64,000 nt of DNA from Marsupella aquatica (Eukaryota > Plantae > Marchantiophyta), in contig OZ316895.1 in the NCBI GenBank assembly GCA_973895155.1, positions 11,306,858 through 11,370,857 of the forward strand, read 5' to 3'. The notes beneath the pieces are model-generated. The model had not been told where the DNA came from, ran no database searches, and saw only the letters and a list, made by a program, of their open reading frames with translations. The translations under genes were made by a program, and so were the position numbers. Position 1 is the first letter of the stretch. The number at the start of each line of letters is the position of its first letter. Below, piece by piece: positions 37,769-51,067 of the stretch.

Positions 37769-40308
37769 TATAAGATAAGACTGGAATAGAATCCTGTAAG
37801 ATCAAAATAAATATATCGTTGAAGATACTAGTACAATATAATAATAAATTAATAAGCTAAAACTTTAAAGGGGTTACTACAGTAGTAAATTCTGAGAAAT
37901 ACAAAGGAGTCAAATTGTCTAAACCAATTTGACATGAAAACATCTATCGAGTAATCCAAATAAGACAAGTGAGTAAAGCCCGTCGGCCGTAAGGAACTAT
38001 GCTAGTGTGATCTCTGGTACCCTCAAGACCAATTTGTTTTCCGTTCGTTTCTTCTGTTATTAGTTAGTTAGTTAGCCTCAATGGTTCATTTGGGGGAGTT
38101 TTAATTTTATTGCCCCCCTCTCAGTACTTTAAAAAAAATCACATTCGTGTCGAATCGGCAGTGTATGCATGCAGACAACTACCGTACCGAACAGCACCAT
38201 AATGATTGTCGCTCGGTGGAGACTTGTCATTGCCTATGACACCACAATCCAAGGCAATTATTGACGCCACTTAAACCCCACCAACCACACAGAATGAAGG
38301 CACCTGACGTTAATTAATACGGTCACCGTGGCTTCAGATTGGCGGCTAAAAGACAAGACAGCCTGCTCTGTCTAAGCGCACAATCCATAAGTGCATTACT
38401 CGGTTAAGCTAAGAGCATCTTGTTCTTCCCTTTTATTTTACACCAAGAGAAGTGGTTTATTTAGCATCTTATCTAAGCCCACACGGGCCTGAAATCAATT
38501 ATCTGAAAGACAACTTTATAAGTGCTTGCCCTCATAAGCGTCTATATGTACCTATTGGTACCAGCACAATCCCTTAAAATTGCATTTAGTGATAAACGTA
38601 CGCCCATTCTTAGTATAATTAAAAATGCAATTAGGGAGTTTGGGCACAGAATTTAGTGTAGGCCCCAGGGGTTCCATGGCTAAACCCTAAACACACATAC
38701 AAAAGGAAAAAAATTCAGAAACGGTTTGCAGGTACAAATACAAGGTACTAGGCTGCTCACTGGCTGACCATGGCACATTTAACAAAGGGATGAAAATCAT
38801 GGACACTTATCAATAAGTGCACTTTTTTTAAGGGATAAATGGGTGTGCACTTATCTAGGAATGCAACATTTGGTTTAATGCATGCTGGCCTGTCTTCCCC
38901 AGGGGCGTGCACTTAGAAAGAGTTAGCTGTATACTGTACCTCAAGAGACATGATGCAAGACCGTCAACGGTTTTAGAGGGTTTTAGACAGTTCATTCACG
39001 AATCACGAAGTAAGGTATATCGTTTCCTGCAACACCATAATTAATGGTAGAACCTGTCCGTCAGCACTCCAGCTGTGATTATTCCTCGTCTGCTGCTTGT
39101 CGGTCACACTCTGGGCTAGTAGAGAAGATATTAGTAAAGGCAAGCTAACTTCAGACTGGACATGAACTTGTTCACTCTGCTGGAGACCAGCAATTCATGA
39201 TACCCATTGTGCTGCGTGGATATCATGAGCACCAAATGTCCTTCAAGAGTTCTCTCAACAGATATGGGTCGGTCTGGTCATTTGGACTTTCTCACTTAAT
39301 ACTCCTGAGAGCGCTTCGCAAAGGCAGAACAGGGCTTGAATGTGGCAGGATGGGAAAAAGTACGAGAGAGCAACGGTAGACTGTTTTTTCCGGATGGCCT
39401 TATGTTAGAGCATTTAGAGATAAGAACTAATGTTGTGATAGAAGCAAAGGCACGATGGAGATGAAAGATTTGGATGAGAGAGCACTGAATTGGGTTCTGT
39501 AGATCCTTGTCCCCTAGTTGTGAGTCATAATGCGATTTTCATGTGGCTCTGCACACATGTATTTACTTGGACTCTGTTCTTTAGTAGGATGGCATTGTTC
39601 TCTGTGTGGTTTCTTTTGAGCCCAACACCAGCAATGGATTACGTGTGATTCTGGGCTGACCTGCGTTTGTGGAATGTTCAATCTTGTGGTGACCGAGTTA
39701 AGATTGACAAATTCAAGAACTCCCCCTTTCATCTTTCAGATGACTGCGATCAGAGGAAGGTGTCTTGTCCATAATTTATTCGACTTCTTTGTCAACCCAA
39801 CAACGCACAGCATGACAAACATAGGTAACTCTAACTATTTATCCCAGTTGGAAACTTTAGAATCAACAGTACAGGAGCGTTTTAGCTTTGCAAGTCTCGT
39901 TAGGGAATCATTTTACTTTTTCCTAAAGCATGTATTTCGGGTTTGGTTGTTCTACGAGATTGTCACCTTTGTATAGGTGAAGGGCATGGTCCACTTGGCA
40001 GGACAGCGTTTGAGAGTTGACGTGAGACTTTCCTGCTTTGTTTTGGTGGCATGACAGACAAGACGAGGATGTACATCGATAGATCAGTTTTGGATCTACC
40101 GAGTGCTTGAAGGTGAACTCAGAAGTTAGATATTAATGATAAAAATTTCTGGTGGGGTATTGGGAAGTATTGATCTTGTTCGAGCGAAAAATCTATGACC
40201 TCGAGATGAGTTTCCCTGCTGGTAATCACACATCAAAATGTGGCTGCATTCATTGATTGAAAAGAAAAAACTAGGATTATCACGGTATGCAAGGTGTCGT
40301 ACATCGTA

Positions 40309-40380
40309 TATGTCATATTTTGATGTGCATGTCATATTTTGATGTCATATTTTGATGTGCATGTCATATTTTGATGTGCA
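40309..40380. repeat. Minisatellite (TGTCATATTTTGATGTGCA)n
   Basis: About 4 units, one shortened. Confidence 0.85.
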
Positions 40381-41023
40381 GTTACCGAGACCCGATGAGT
40401 TTCCTCAGACGTCCATTTTTCGCAAATTGTTCGTTAACGAGATTTTCTCAGATGGCTTATGGCAGATCAGGACCTGGAATCACACTCGCCGTCTGCTGTT
40501 TAAAGCAACAGCAAAAAGTTACAAAGTGGAACCTGAAGGGTGTGATTGATGCAACACTAGTGACTTGTGCTATCAAGAGGGACTCATGTTTGAGATGGGC
40601 CAGCTCTGCTCACACTGGGTTGACTTGCAGTTGCTGTCACCGTTGACGGGGATTCCCAGTTTTCCCTGCCCTAATGAGAACGAGTAGCTAAGGTCCACTT
40701 TGACAGTGCTAGAAACCAACCCCACTCCATCGAAAATGGAATCATCACTATTCACGGTTGTACCGTGTATCCCCGTCAATGCTCTCCCGATTCTTTACTC
40801 ATGTAGACAAGGGGTTAAAACCAGAGCTGATTGATTCAGGAAGACAAATAAATGCTCGAGAATTAGAAAATTTAGGTGCTGCCCAGAATTCGACGGTGAA
40901 CGATTGTCACTACGCTTCTACAGCAAATATTGTGCAACCCAAGATTGCTATTTTACAAGTGCGTGCAAAGGCCAGCTCGGTCCTTGCGTTAGACTTATGA
41001 ATCGATCCATTCTCGCCCTTTAG

Positions 41024-41232
41024 TGTAGAACACGTCAATTTAACTGAGGTTTTCAAGTCCGAGACATCTAAATCTGTGCTCATTCCTGAGAGAGCAGAAC
41101 ATGTTTTGTTGTACTGTTTCTGAGTGCTGTAGAACACGTCAATTTAACTGAGGTTTTCGAGTCCGAGACATCTATATCTGTGTTCATTCCTGAGAGAGCA
41201 GAACATGTTTTGATGTGCTGTTTCTGAGTGCT
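41024..41232. repeat. Tandem duplication, 2 x 104 bp
   Basis: TGTAGAACACGTCAATTTAACTGAGG starts at 41024 and 41128. Confidence 0.92.
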
Positions 41233-41614
41233 AGCACAAAACATTTCGGAGGATTTTCATCAAGGAATTTGATGCCAGTTATTCCGAGCCAAAATCAAGT
41301 GCGGGCCACGATGAGCTTCAACAATCATAACTTAAACTCTCCAACACAATTTACCATCATTGGACCGCCTTCTTATTTTAGAGTTTTGTGTAAGCGCGAG
41401 AATTGCATTCTCTCGTGCTTTAAAACAAAGCCTCCCATTCTCCATGTGGAATGACAAAAATTTGAGTCCGCAAGACCCCGCCAAAGCGGACAAAGGACAG
41501 AAAGAGCGAGCAGACAACAGAACTTGCCAAAGGAAGGCGACAGAGAAATAGCGAATGAACGTAAACACGTCGCAAAGATGGCCCGTTGGCATCTATCTAC
41601 AAATCTTGCTACCT

Positions 41615-42322
41615 TTAACGTATACATTCGCTGTGCCGCATGAGGCCCGCTTTCGGGAACATAATCTTCGCATAAGCCAGTGTTTCTTCTTCTGGAGGAA
41701 TAGTGGAGCTCACACTTGGGTGCACCTTGACCGCCTCAATCCACCGGTGAAGCCGAGGCGCCTTGTCTGGCCCTGGAATCTCGATGCCGCCTAGTTTCCG
41801 AAAGAGTGGTAGGGTCATGATGAGCGGAGCAAGGGCCACATCTAGAAGTCCGAATTTATCTCCAGCAAAGAAGGGACCATCCGCTGAAAAACTAATCATG
41901 CCTGCTTCGAGCGTTCTTATGGCTTCATTGGCTTCTTGCTTGGCGACTTGTGCCTCTGAAGTTCCTGACTTGGCTGGCAAGCCCGTCGAGAGTGCAGAGA
42001 AGGCTTTGTTGACGTAGTCGATCCAGAATCTGACCTTGGATTTCCCGAATGCATCCTCGGAAATCAACGGAACTTGCTCCGGAAAGGCATCCTCGAGATA
42101 TTGCAGGATGATAAGAGATTCTGCCACCCCCTTGCCATTGTGGATGATCGTAGGTATTCTCTTGTATATGGGATTAGCTTCCAGTAGCTCCTGCGGTTTG
42201 TTGCCCAAGTTTACTTCGATGACCTCGAAGGGAATTTGTTTCTCCTTCAACGCAATTGCCACTCGCTGTCCGTATGCACTGAATCGGGCCGTGAAGAGCT
42301 TCACTTCTGTTTCATTACCCAT
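41615..42322 (-). CDS. GSTU: Glutathione S-transferase, tau-like, 235 aa, intronless
   Basis: FSAYGQRVAIALKEK, LLEANPIYKRIPTIIHNGK, ESLIILQYLE, RFWIDYV, FFAGDKFGLLDVAL, PRLHRW. Confidence 0.9.
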   Translation of the reverse strand: MGNETEVKLFTARFSAYGQRVAIALKEKQIPFEVIEVNLGNKPQELLEANPIYKRIPTIIHNGKGVAESLIILQYLEDAFPEQVPLISEDAFGKSKVRFWIDYVNKAFSALSTGLPAKSGTSEAQVAKQEANEAIRTLEAGMISFSADGPFFAGDKFGLLDVALAPLIMTLPLFRKLGGIEIPGPDKAPRLHRWIEAVKVHPSVSSTIPPEEETLAYAKIMFPKAGLMRHSECIR

Positions 42323-43978
42323 TGCTGAATGCTTCCCTGCACGACGTCACAAGAAACAATCCAAGGCCTTTGAGTCCACTTCCAGTATGATTATGCAACG
42401 GTAAGTAATCAAGTGAAGTGGACAGACAGACCTACAGACAGCTGAACAAGGGCATCACAAGTGGGGAACGAGAATTGACAGACCGACTCATGAATGTCGT
42501 GGAATTGTGTTGAGAAGCTCGAGTGTACTGTGGGTTGTTGAGTTCCGCCGTCCCTCTCCGGCCAAATCCTTGAAAACGAGATGCTGCTAGCGATTCTATG
42601 TGCATGTGTTGCGGAGAGAGTTGTGGGTTAAGTTTGGATGAGATCATAGTTGTGGCGATTGTGTTGCGGGGTGAGATCTGGGCTGAGTAGGATTCGGACG
42701 AGTCCATGATTGGAGCCTGGGGCCCTTTCTCCTCTTGTCCTCCCCTTCATTGGGTTACTTTGCCTTTGGATATTTCCCCTTTCGACATTTTTTGCCCTTG
42801 GGCACTGTGATATATTTGCTTCGGCTGTAAGTGATGCAAGCTCTCACAAAACCAACGGATATTGGTGACTAAACTTAACGTTTTTGGAATTACAACAAAA
42901 TGAAGAAAATTTAATCTTACTAATTAAATCCCATGCAAAGCTACTTTTCCAAGGCTATGCTCTAGAGTGCGGCTTAACTCTCAATCTATCTATCTACTCA
43001 CTATAATATTCAATAACTATAAATATTCAATAAGGCCTTTTTGTGTTCATCTTTTGCTTACAAAATCCACTTTTGGAGTGAACTCATTATGACCATTGGA
43101 TTTAAAACTTAAATTTTCCTGCCCATCAGATCTCAGATATGTTTAAGGAAGAAGAAAGAGTTTGTCCTAGCCTCAGGCACTGATGGGCTTCCACCCACAC
43201 CTAGACTCATACACAAACATCTAGAAAAAGGTCATTGGGAATTGAGTGTGAGTCAACATGTGACTATCATGGGTAGATGGGTCTCACAAGAAAATCTAAG
43301 TAAACCTGCTCTAAGTAGACCCCACATGATTGCCCCATTCAGGTAAAGTAAAAAGTATAGACAAAGGACAATACAAATTAAGTTGTGAGTTCAAAAGGGA
43401 TCATTTATACTAAAGTGAAAAAAATTAAGTCTACTAGGAGTAGATAAAAAAATTGTTTTTGTCTAATCCCTATATAGTACTTTTTCCAAGTTACATTAAC
43501 ATTCAATCCTAAATTCTTTATTGCAATAACTTTATTGACCAAAGACACAATGGCCTGAAGAATAATTTGGCCCCAACAACGAAGTGGCCAGAGTGATAAA
43601 TGATTGTAACAAATGAATTGGTTGTAAAGACAAATCTGCAATGCAAGTTAAGGCAGTGGGTTTGTATATATATATATGTCATATTTTAAATCACATTATA
43701 AAAAACTATCCCATTTGCAAAGGGAGAAAAGAGTTAGTGCAATCTATGAAAGTGGAAAAGGAAGGAACAAACCAATACCATCAGATATATTTCAATGATT
43801 TTGACACCCTTGGATTGAGTGAAAGGGATCACCTATGGAAGTGAATACCATGGATATTTTTGCTTCTAAAGTAGGTATTTACAAAATACATGTGTTGGCT
43901 AAATACTTTCAAAAATGACATTTGCATTACATTGGTATCATATTTGTTGTTTACTAGTGCTCTGGCAAACCTAAAAAA

Positions 43979-44320
43979 TGTTGAGCATAGACAACACTCG
44001 CAACGGTAAGCACATGGCACATCCAACGCGCAAGTAGTCGACAAAAGAGATACGTGGTTCATCTCCTCGAGGCTACATCCACGGGAACACACAAGAGAGC
44101 TTTACTGAACTCTAAGCCTGTCGGCTAAACCAAGTCTCCACAGTGCAAGCTCTCTTCATCTCTCAAGTGGCTCCGTAACAATGAGCCTAAGTTCCACTTA
44201 TCCAAGCAAACATCGCTTGATATATAGTGTGCATCCTAGTTAACCTATCCATGCCTCTAACTATGGTTAGCCTAACTACGGTTAATGTCGTAATCCTAGA
44301 CCTTGAGTAAATACCTAACA
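43979..44320 (-). mobile_element. Solo LTR of the copia A family
   Basis: Minus strand TGTTAGGTATTTACTC...CTATGCTCAACA; flanks AAAAA/AAAAA. Confidence 0.92.
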
Positions 44321-46616
44321 AAAAATGCTTGTGAGTCATTGGTGAGTTGAGAGCTAAATTGTCCTCTTTGGAGATACGGTCCAACTCTTACAAAGAAATC
44401 ACCTCCAATAACTACTCATTCACAATTGATACCATTTGTTTCTTGCAAGAATTTTTGAAGCTTCTATATGGTGAATGCAACTTTCATTATTTTGTCTTAT
44501 TCAAACTTCTTTTGTTATGCATTTTTATTTTAATGTGTCTTACCAAGGTATGCCCCTTGTATAGTTTAGATTTCCAATTTGTTCTGGCACCCCTCTAATT
44601 TTTTAAAATCTTTGCTATATTTAAGATCATCCACCCTCTAACAAAGCTCGTTGAATTTCTAGCCCTTATTCTCAGGAGTATAGAAGAAATGATCTAAATA
44701 ATGTGCACCTTATGTCTTTAAGTATTACTCATGATTTTGTGTCCTAAATTTATGGTTTTAATTATTTTGAGTGTCATTACCTAAAGTAAGTACATAAGTA
44801 TCTCTACTCATGTACATTATGTGCACATCCCAATACCATAAACTTAAACTTTCCTGTTCATTATTATTTTAACTTTCGTGTTCATTATTAGTTTTCTGTA
44901 CATGTGTATTTTTATTTTTATACCTTATGTGCACAAGTTTCAATATGATTATATGTCTTCCTAGTCAATGTCCTGTTTATATTTTAATTAGAACACCTGT
45001 ATATCACAAAAAAACAAAAAATGAAGCATGTTCCAGAATGAGCATGCTATATCATAGAAGATAGCGTGTTCAGGGCAGCCATCCCATCATAGTAAATCTC
45101 AAGGCCATTCTCATCAATAAATTTCAGTAAATTGCAATCAGTAAATTTGACCCACTTGTAAGTCTGAGGTCTGTTTGGGCCAAGGGTACATAGAGAGTAT
45201 AGCAGTGGTCAAAGGGTCTATTTTTGTCTAAGACAATGACTTAGTTTGCTTTCACCTCCAAAGAGTGGCATTCTTAGTCTGAGTAGGGGGAGTGGATTAA
45301 TTGAATGCCAGCTTGATTTGACTTGTGCATCAGATGCTGAGAGGGACTGGGGTGGCTGACTGGGACCTGGCAGTCTAGAATTTCTTGGGTGGACACCTAG
45401 GGTTTTTCCATGGAAGTTTAGGAGTCAAGGTGCCAATTGGGATTGTGTGAGGAATCATAGGGGATTCCTAGGGGCCTCACTCTAAAAGGGGGTCTGATAT
45501 CATGCTTAACATTTTTAGTTGTTAAATACCCTAAAAAATAACAAAAAATATTTTGACTATTTTTCTACCCCTATTTTTTTGAAATATTCTAAAGTTCATT
45601 TCTATAACATTATCTTTTCTTATAATTTTCAAAATTGTATTGTGGTAATCTTACTTTTCTTCTACAAATATTAAAAAGTATTTTTCTCAACCCAATAAAT
45701 AAACCCGGGCTATACTTACTTTAGTGTGATGGATAGAAAGGAACTGTTCTTTTACAATATTTAAAATTATTTTTTTCAACCCAATAAATAAACCAGGTAC
45801 TGTGATGGGTAGAAAGGAAATAAGTGATGACTCCATAGGATTCCTGGCTATTATAGGATTCCTGGCTATTAGACCGGAGCACTAGAGATTGATGTGGAAG
45901 GTATCAATGGATTGGAAGAGGTTTGCATCATTGGACAACAGCAATCTTTTGACTTCTTCAGGGCAAGGGCAATGAATGCTACTCTTAGCGGCTATGTGGT
46001 TTCCTTTAAGAGTGACCAGTTTCTTCAGAGTAGAAGTCCGGGATGCGGAGGTGGCCAATGTAGTTGCCTGCTCTGCCTCAAAAGCATCCCCCAATGTGTC
46101 AAAGCCTAAAGCCCCTCATTCTCTTGACTTTGCTCATCTGCACGTTCTGTCCAGTATTTAGCCTCATCCCGAACGCACCAATTGAATATTTTCCTGGTAA
46201 TGCAAAAAGATGTCATGGTCTAATCTTAATTTGCTTTTGAGAAGCAATGACAGCTGACCACATTTCCCAATGTTTTACGCTACTCAGTGTATTTCATCAT
46301 GTTGTACTGTCTTGATATGGGCTTCACCTTCTCTTCATTTACTGGAGCCCACTCTGCCCAAGTGTAAAACATGTGAGGGAGTTTCCTCTGGAGCACTCTG
46401 CCCAAGTGGAAAACATATGAGGGAGTTTACTCTGGAGTTGCACTAAGTACATTTCTCGAACACAATCATGTTGTGAGGGATTGCTTTTCGTTCCCTCCTT
46501 TTCAAGTTTATAAACCGACCATGGAGTATTTTTGGCGGGATCGCAAAAGCAGATTGCGCTATCTGAAATGGCAGCACGGAGCAATTAATCTAGAGGAATC
46601 AAGAGCGCAAGAGATC

Positions 46617-47080
46617 GGAGCTTGCTCGAAGAATCTCGAAGCTGTGGAGGCATCCAGTAATCACAGTACTGTTGCAACAAGCTCATGCTCAGTTGACAAA
46701 CTTTCTGATTTTTGCAACATCTCAAACACCTTCGTGATCGTTCTCTCTCCATTGTCGTCTATCAAGTGGCGAATTGAGAAGAAAATGAGTCGGTGAGGTT
46801 CTGCAGCGGAGTATGATCTGCTCGATTCCCCCACACACAGGAGGAGGAGCTTGCTCGAAGAAGATCGGAGCTGTGGACGCATCGAGTGATTACAGTACTG
46901 GGCTGACAAGTTGATGCTCACTTGACAACCTTCCTGATTTTTGCGACATCTCAAACACCTTCGTGATCGTTCTCTCTCCATCGTTGTTTCTCAAGAGGCG
47001 AATTGAGAAGAAAATGAGTCGGTGAAGCTCTGCGGCCATGGAGGATGACCTGCTCAATTCTCCCACGCACAGGAGGAGCT
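46617..47080 (+). repeat. Tandem duplication, 2 x ~230 bp, overlapping the SWC6 start
   Basis: GGAGCTTGCTCGAAGAA...ACATCTCAAACACCTTCGTGATCGTTCTCTCTCCAT...GAGAAGAAAATGAGTCGGTGA at 46617 and 46847. Confidence 0.9.
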
Positions 47081-47592
47081 CCAAGAGAGCCAAGAAGATT
47101 GGAGTCAAGGTCGGAGCTGTGCTCGCTGACCCCAACGTCCGCGCACAAGCCTCGCGAGACCGCCTCGAAGCCCTAGAAAGTGATCATGTCACTCCAGAGC
47201 CGATTGACCTCGATGACGACGATGAGGACGCTTCGCTGGACGATGGAGCTGAAGACGCTTTCAGATTGAAAACGAAGAAAGCTCCGAAGAAGAGCACGAG
47301 ACGGAAGACTCGGAGAGCAGAGGCCATGGAGAGGAGCGAGATCAGCAGAAAAGCGCCACGGACGTTTCTGAATTTGATCCAGGAGGCGAATATTGAGGAG
47401 ACGGTGCCCACTAATGTGCCAACGTACTTGAGGGCTGCTGTTGGGCCACCGAGTTCCGCTGCTCGACGCCATTTCTGCTCCGTTTGTGGTTATCTTGCGC
47501 CGTACACTTGCACGAAGTGTGGCACACGGTTCTGCTCTTGCCGTTGTAAGGTAGTTCACGATGACACCAGATGCCTCAAATTCATAATGTGA
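47038..47592 (+). CDS. SWC6: SWR1 complex subunit 6 (SEF/ZNHIT1/Vps71), zf-HIT protein, 184 aa, intronless
   Basis: RLEALESD, acidic and basic tracts, VPTYLRAAVGPPS, RHFCSVCGY.APYTC..CGTRFCSCRC..VHDDTRCLKF. Confidence 0.93.
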   Translation: MEDDLLNSPTHRRSSKRAKKIGVKVGAVLADPNVRAQASRDRLEALESDHVTPEPIDLDDDDEDASLDDGAEDAFRLKTKKAPKKSTRRKTRRAEAMERSEISRKAPRTFLNLIQEANIEETVPTNVPTYLRAAVGPPSSAARRHFCSVCGYLAPYTCTKCGTRFCSCRCKVVHDDTRCLKFIM

Positions 47593-49192
47593 TCGGTACC
47601 ATGTTTATCCTGCCTCTCGACATATTTTGGAGGGAGAGGGCCCGACAATATAGCGACTTCTGTTAGAATCCCACATCTCGTAAAAAGATTCTCCAGAACT
47701 TGTGGGTTACTTGTAAATGTGAGCGTTGTCTCTTCGAAGAAAAGCTCTCTCCGAAGATCAGCAAGGCTGCGGAAGAGATACGGTGGCGACATCACAATGC
47801 TATCAGAAAGCTCGGCACTGCAGCTGCGGAGTTGATGCATGGTATTGAAGCTCGCGAATGCTGTCGGTGAGGTTGAAGGCCTCTATCTAGACAGCAGGCC
47901 TGGATTCGGGCAACATTCGTCTCTCTTTACTCCGCTAGGTTATTCCATCCTGAGAATTACCTTGCGAATTTCAAATTGGTTGTCGAAAATACATTCTTGC
48001 TGTGTTGCAAGTGTGTTGGAGTTCGTCAGGCAGGGGATTACCAAATTCAGGAAGACCGTTGGAGATTTCACTCTACCGATTCTTGTGCTAGTCATCGATC
48101 TGTCCAGCAATTGGAGTGAAAACTCATATTTAACTCTTCATGCAGCCTATGTCCATCCAGCATGAAACCCTTGCCATGGTCCGTAGAAGCGAATCACGTC
48201 TCCCAGTTTTACAGAGAGCGTGAGCAACATCGTGAATTCTTGAGGTATCAGCACATCCTCTTTTCTGATCACCTGTCAGTTCTCCCATCTCGAGTGCATA
48301 GAAATTCTAGTCGAATCTGATATGCAATCCGGTACCAAACTCATTCAAATTTCATTGAGTTCATTTATTAAACTCAATGAGATCGCTTTCAAAGCAGTTA
48401 CAGAGTCAGATATAGCTCCTTCACGTTCTGTCTCACAGTCACTGGACTCTTGATTCATTCATACAATTTCTCTCTGGCTGATGGATTTACCAGTCTTGTA
48501 AGCCTTCAGGGTGAGAAAATGACAGAGAGGTTGGTTTTGCAGTTCCTGGATATCTAAACGAGCTCGGGGCAGAATGTAATTGGTACACCCCTAATGATAA
48601 AATTCTAAACGTACATAAATCGGCTTTGGTGATCCATTGAATGACTTTGCAGTCCACTACGCTCAATCTGTTGATAGCAATAACCCTAGTTTCAGAATAC
48701 CTTTGAAGCGGGGACATTTGAGAAGTCGACATAATATCCTTCCAGTGGCCGTGGCAATAGCTGTGTTCTTCAGCAAGCTGATATGACATCGTTAGTTTGG
48801 GCTGTTGGAATTGGACGAGCACAAAGCTACTACAATTCAATGATACCAAGGTCTGAACCTTCTCTGAGTCAAACAAAGCTTATTCATGAAAGCTAACCAT
48901 CGTTTCAACAGAATCCTCAAATCGAGGCAATTGTATTCTTCACAAATCTCCATCTTTTGACCATCCGTGACACAGAATTGATAATATTGAGAATGATTTA
49001 GAAGTTTGGGTGGAGCTCAATGGATCGAGCAGTCTTTAGAAATCATGTGAGTGCATCAAGAGTCCGTTTCATGGTGTTTTTCGAGCTCTTGCAGACTTTG
49101 GAAATTATGTGACTGAATCAAGAGTCGGTTTGATCTCCTAGATTAAATCGAATTCGTGAAGGACTTCTGCTCTCTGCAATAGCCCCAGAACT

Positions 49193-49380
49193 AGAGTAAG
49201 CGATTATTGTCGAAGTATGTGATATACAAGAAACGATGTTCAGCTAGAGGAAGTGATTATTGCCTGAGTATGCCATCTAAAAGTATGCATGTTCACCTCG
49301 AGTGAGTGATTATTGCCGAAGTATGTGATCTAAAAGTATGGAATTTTCAACTAGAGGAAGTGATTACTGCCTAAGTTTGT
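49193..49380. repeat. Degenerate tandem repeat, ~4 x 53 bp
   Basis: GTGATTATTGCC.AAGTATG.GATCTAAAAGTATG recurs. Confidence 0.75.
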
Positions 49381-50544
49381 AACATTAAAGTATGCTTTAA
49401 ATAGGCGCTTTGAATCTAGGGGGTCTAATTATTATACTAAAATCCTATGAATGCATATGAGATGGAAATATGAGAAGTACATGTCAAATTATGTGTAAAT
49501 AGAAAATACTAAATTACTCTTGATGAGATAAGTACTCATTTATCTCCAAAGCCTATTACTTTAGAGATCATCTACACAAAAAAAAACTATTGGGAGTGCA
49601 GACTGAAGATATCAATGAAACAAAAATGACCATAGTCTGAGATACAAATGAAGTTTATGCTCAGATGGACCTCAATGTTTGACTTCAAGACTCCAATGGA
49701 CCAAACACTTTTTCAAACCTAAACAGTGAAATTTGTATTTACAAACTAAACAAAAACTGCTCTCATTAAAGTGTTATATTGTGATTCTTTTAGTCTACCC
49801 TACAAACAATTCTGAACTTATAAAATAACTAGGGAAGCTGCAATATCCCTGCAGTACACATTTTGCGGCATCAGCTTTCCTTGCACTTCTCACAAGGTTG
49901 CACTCACCAAGTTGCACTTAGAGAGGGTCAACTGTCTCCGTCTATCACCCATATCAAGAATCACTCCCATTGCCCCTCGTGTATTTAATCCCTTCGTGTA
50001 TTTTCTCTTTGTAATTTGATTCGCAGCTGTCAACTCTAACCCTCTAACCCCCAGACAACGTGGCTGAGGGTAATGAGACTTCAGGCAACCCCTGGCCAGC
50101 CTAGCTTAGGGTCTCCACCCAATCTACACTCTAATTTGAGATCAAAATCAGCCATTTACAATCTATATCTAGAGCAAATTTGTAGGTTATAATTTTTTAT
50201 ATTTAGACTATGCTTGTGAGTTGGGACCAACATGAGGATCTGTGCACAGATAGCCCTTCTGTTGCATATGCATGGGTATTTGGGCTAGTGATCAATGACA
50301 TCTTTGAAGCTATGGCGTGTAACCCCCTTGGGCTAACTGCCTGCCCTTGCAGATTACACTCTATAGCCCCTCAGAATATGGGTAATCTTGCAGTTGAACC
50401 ATGAGCTTCCCCACGAGGTCTGGCAATTTGTTTTGCCTTGAAGGAAAGAATTTTGTAAATTAATTTAGGAGGAGATAAGACATTGCAACAGTGTAATTTT
50501 TGTAAAGTTTTTCTTGCTTGCCAAGGTGACAATGTCACCTGGCG

Positions 50545-51067
50545 TAAAAGGGAAGATAGAGTATTCCTTCTCTAATGTTTCTGAGATTGATCTCTCATCC
50601 TTAGATCTCCTTGAATTTTAGGATAATTGTCACATTCTTGTTTAATGGGGTCTGTTGCTAGGTGGGAAACTGGGTAATGTGGCTAGGTGGGACTCTGGGT
50701 AATGTAACACAAAAAAGCTAGTTAATTTGTTGACGAAAATGGTGAAGATCTTTTAATTAAGCCAGTTGGAATCTAGACAAATTTTGCCCCTATTGAAAAC
50801 GCTGCATGGCAGTCCCCTATAGGGGATAAGAGTATTCCTTATCTAATTTTCTTAGATTGATCGCAGACACTAGCTCTTTCTAGATTTAGTTGCTAGATTC
50901 TGGTTGATGGGGTCTGTAGCTAGGTGGAAAACTGGCTTGTGTAAGACCAATAAAATACCTACTATAGTTAAATTTTTGAGAAAAGTGGTGAAAACTATTA
51001 AGCCAAGTGGAATCTAGCCAAGTTTTGCCACTATATAAAATGCGGCATGGCAGTCCACTATAGGGGG
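50545..51067. repeat. Diverged tandem duplication, 2 x ~250-270 bp
   Basis: GAGTATTCCTT.TCTAAT, TGGGGTCTGT.GCTAGGTGG.AAACTGG, TTAAGCCA..TGGAATCTAG and GCATGGCAGTCC.CTATAGGGG each occur twice in the same order. Confidence 0.8.

Noticed and set aside
37975-38006. Helitron-like 3' end (GC-rich stretch then CTAG-T)
   Set aside because: The hairpin is weak and no 5' end or Rep/helicase remnant is identifiable.
38505-38932. Possible Tc1/mariner-type MITE with TAAGTGCAC subrepeats
   Set aside because: The left terminus is too degenerate to define TIR or TSD.
48440-49130. Short inverted match (GACTCTTGATTCA...AATTTC)
   Set aside because: Only ~30 bp, imperfect, with no element boundaries.
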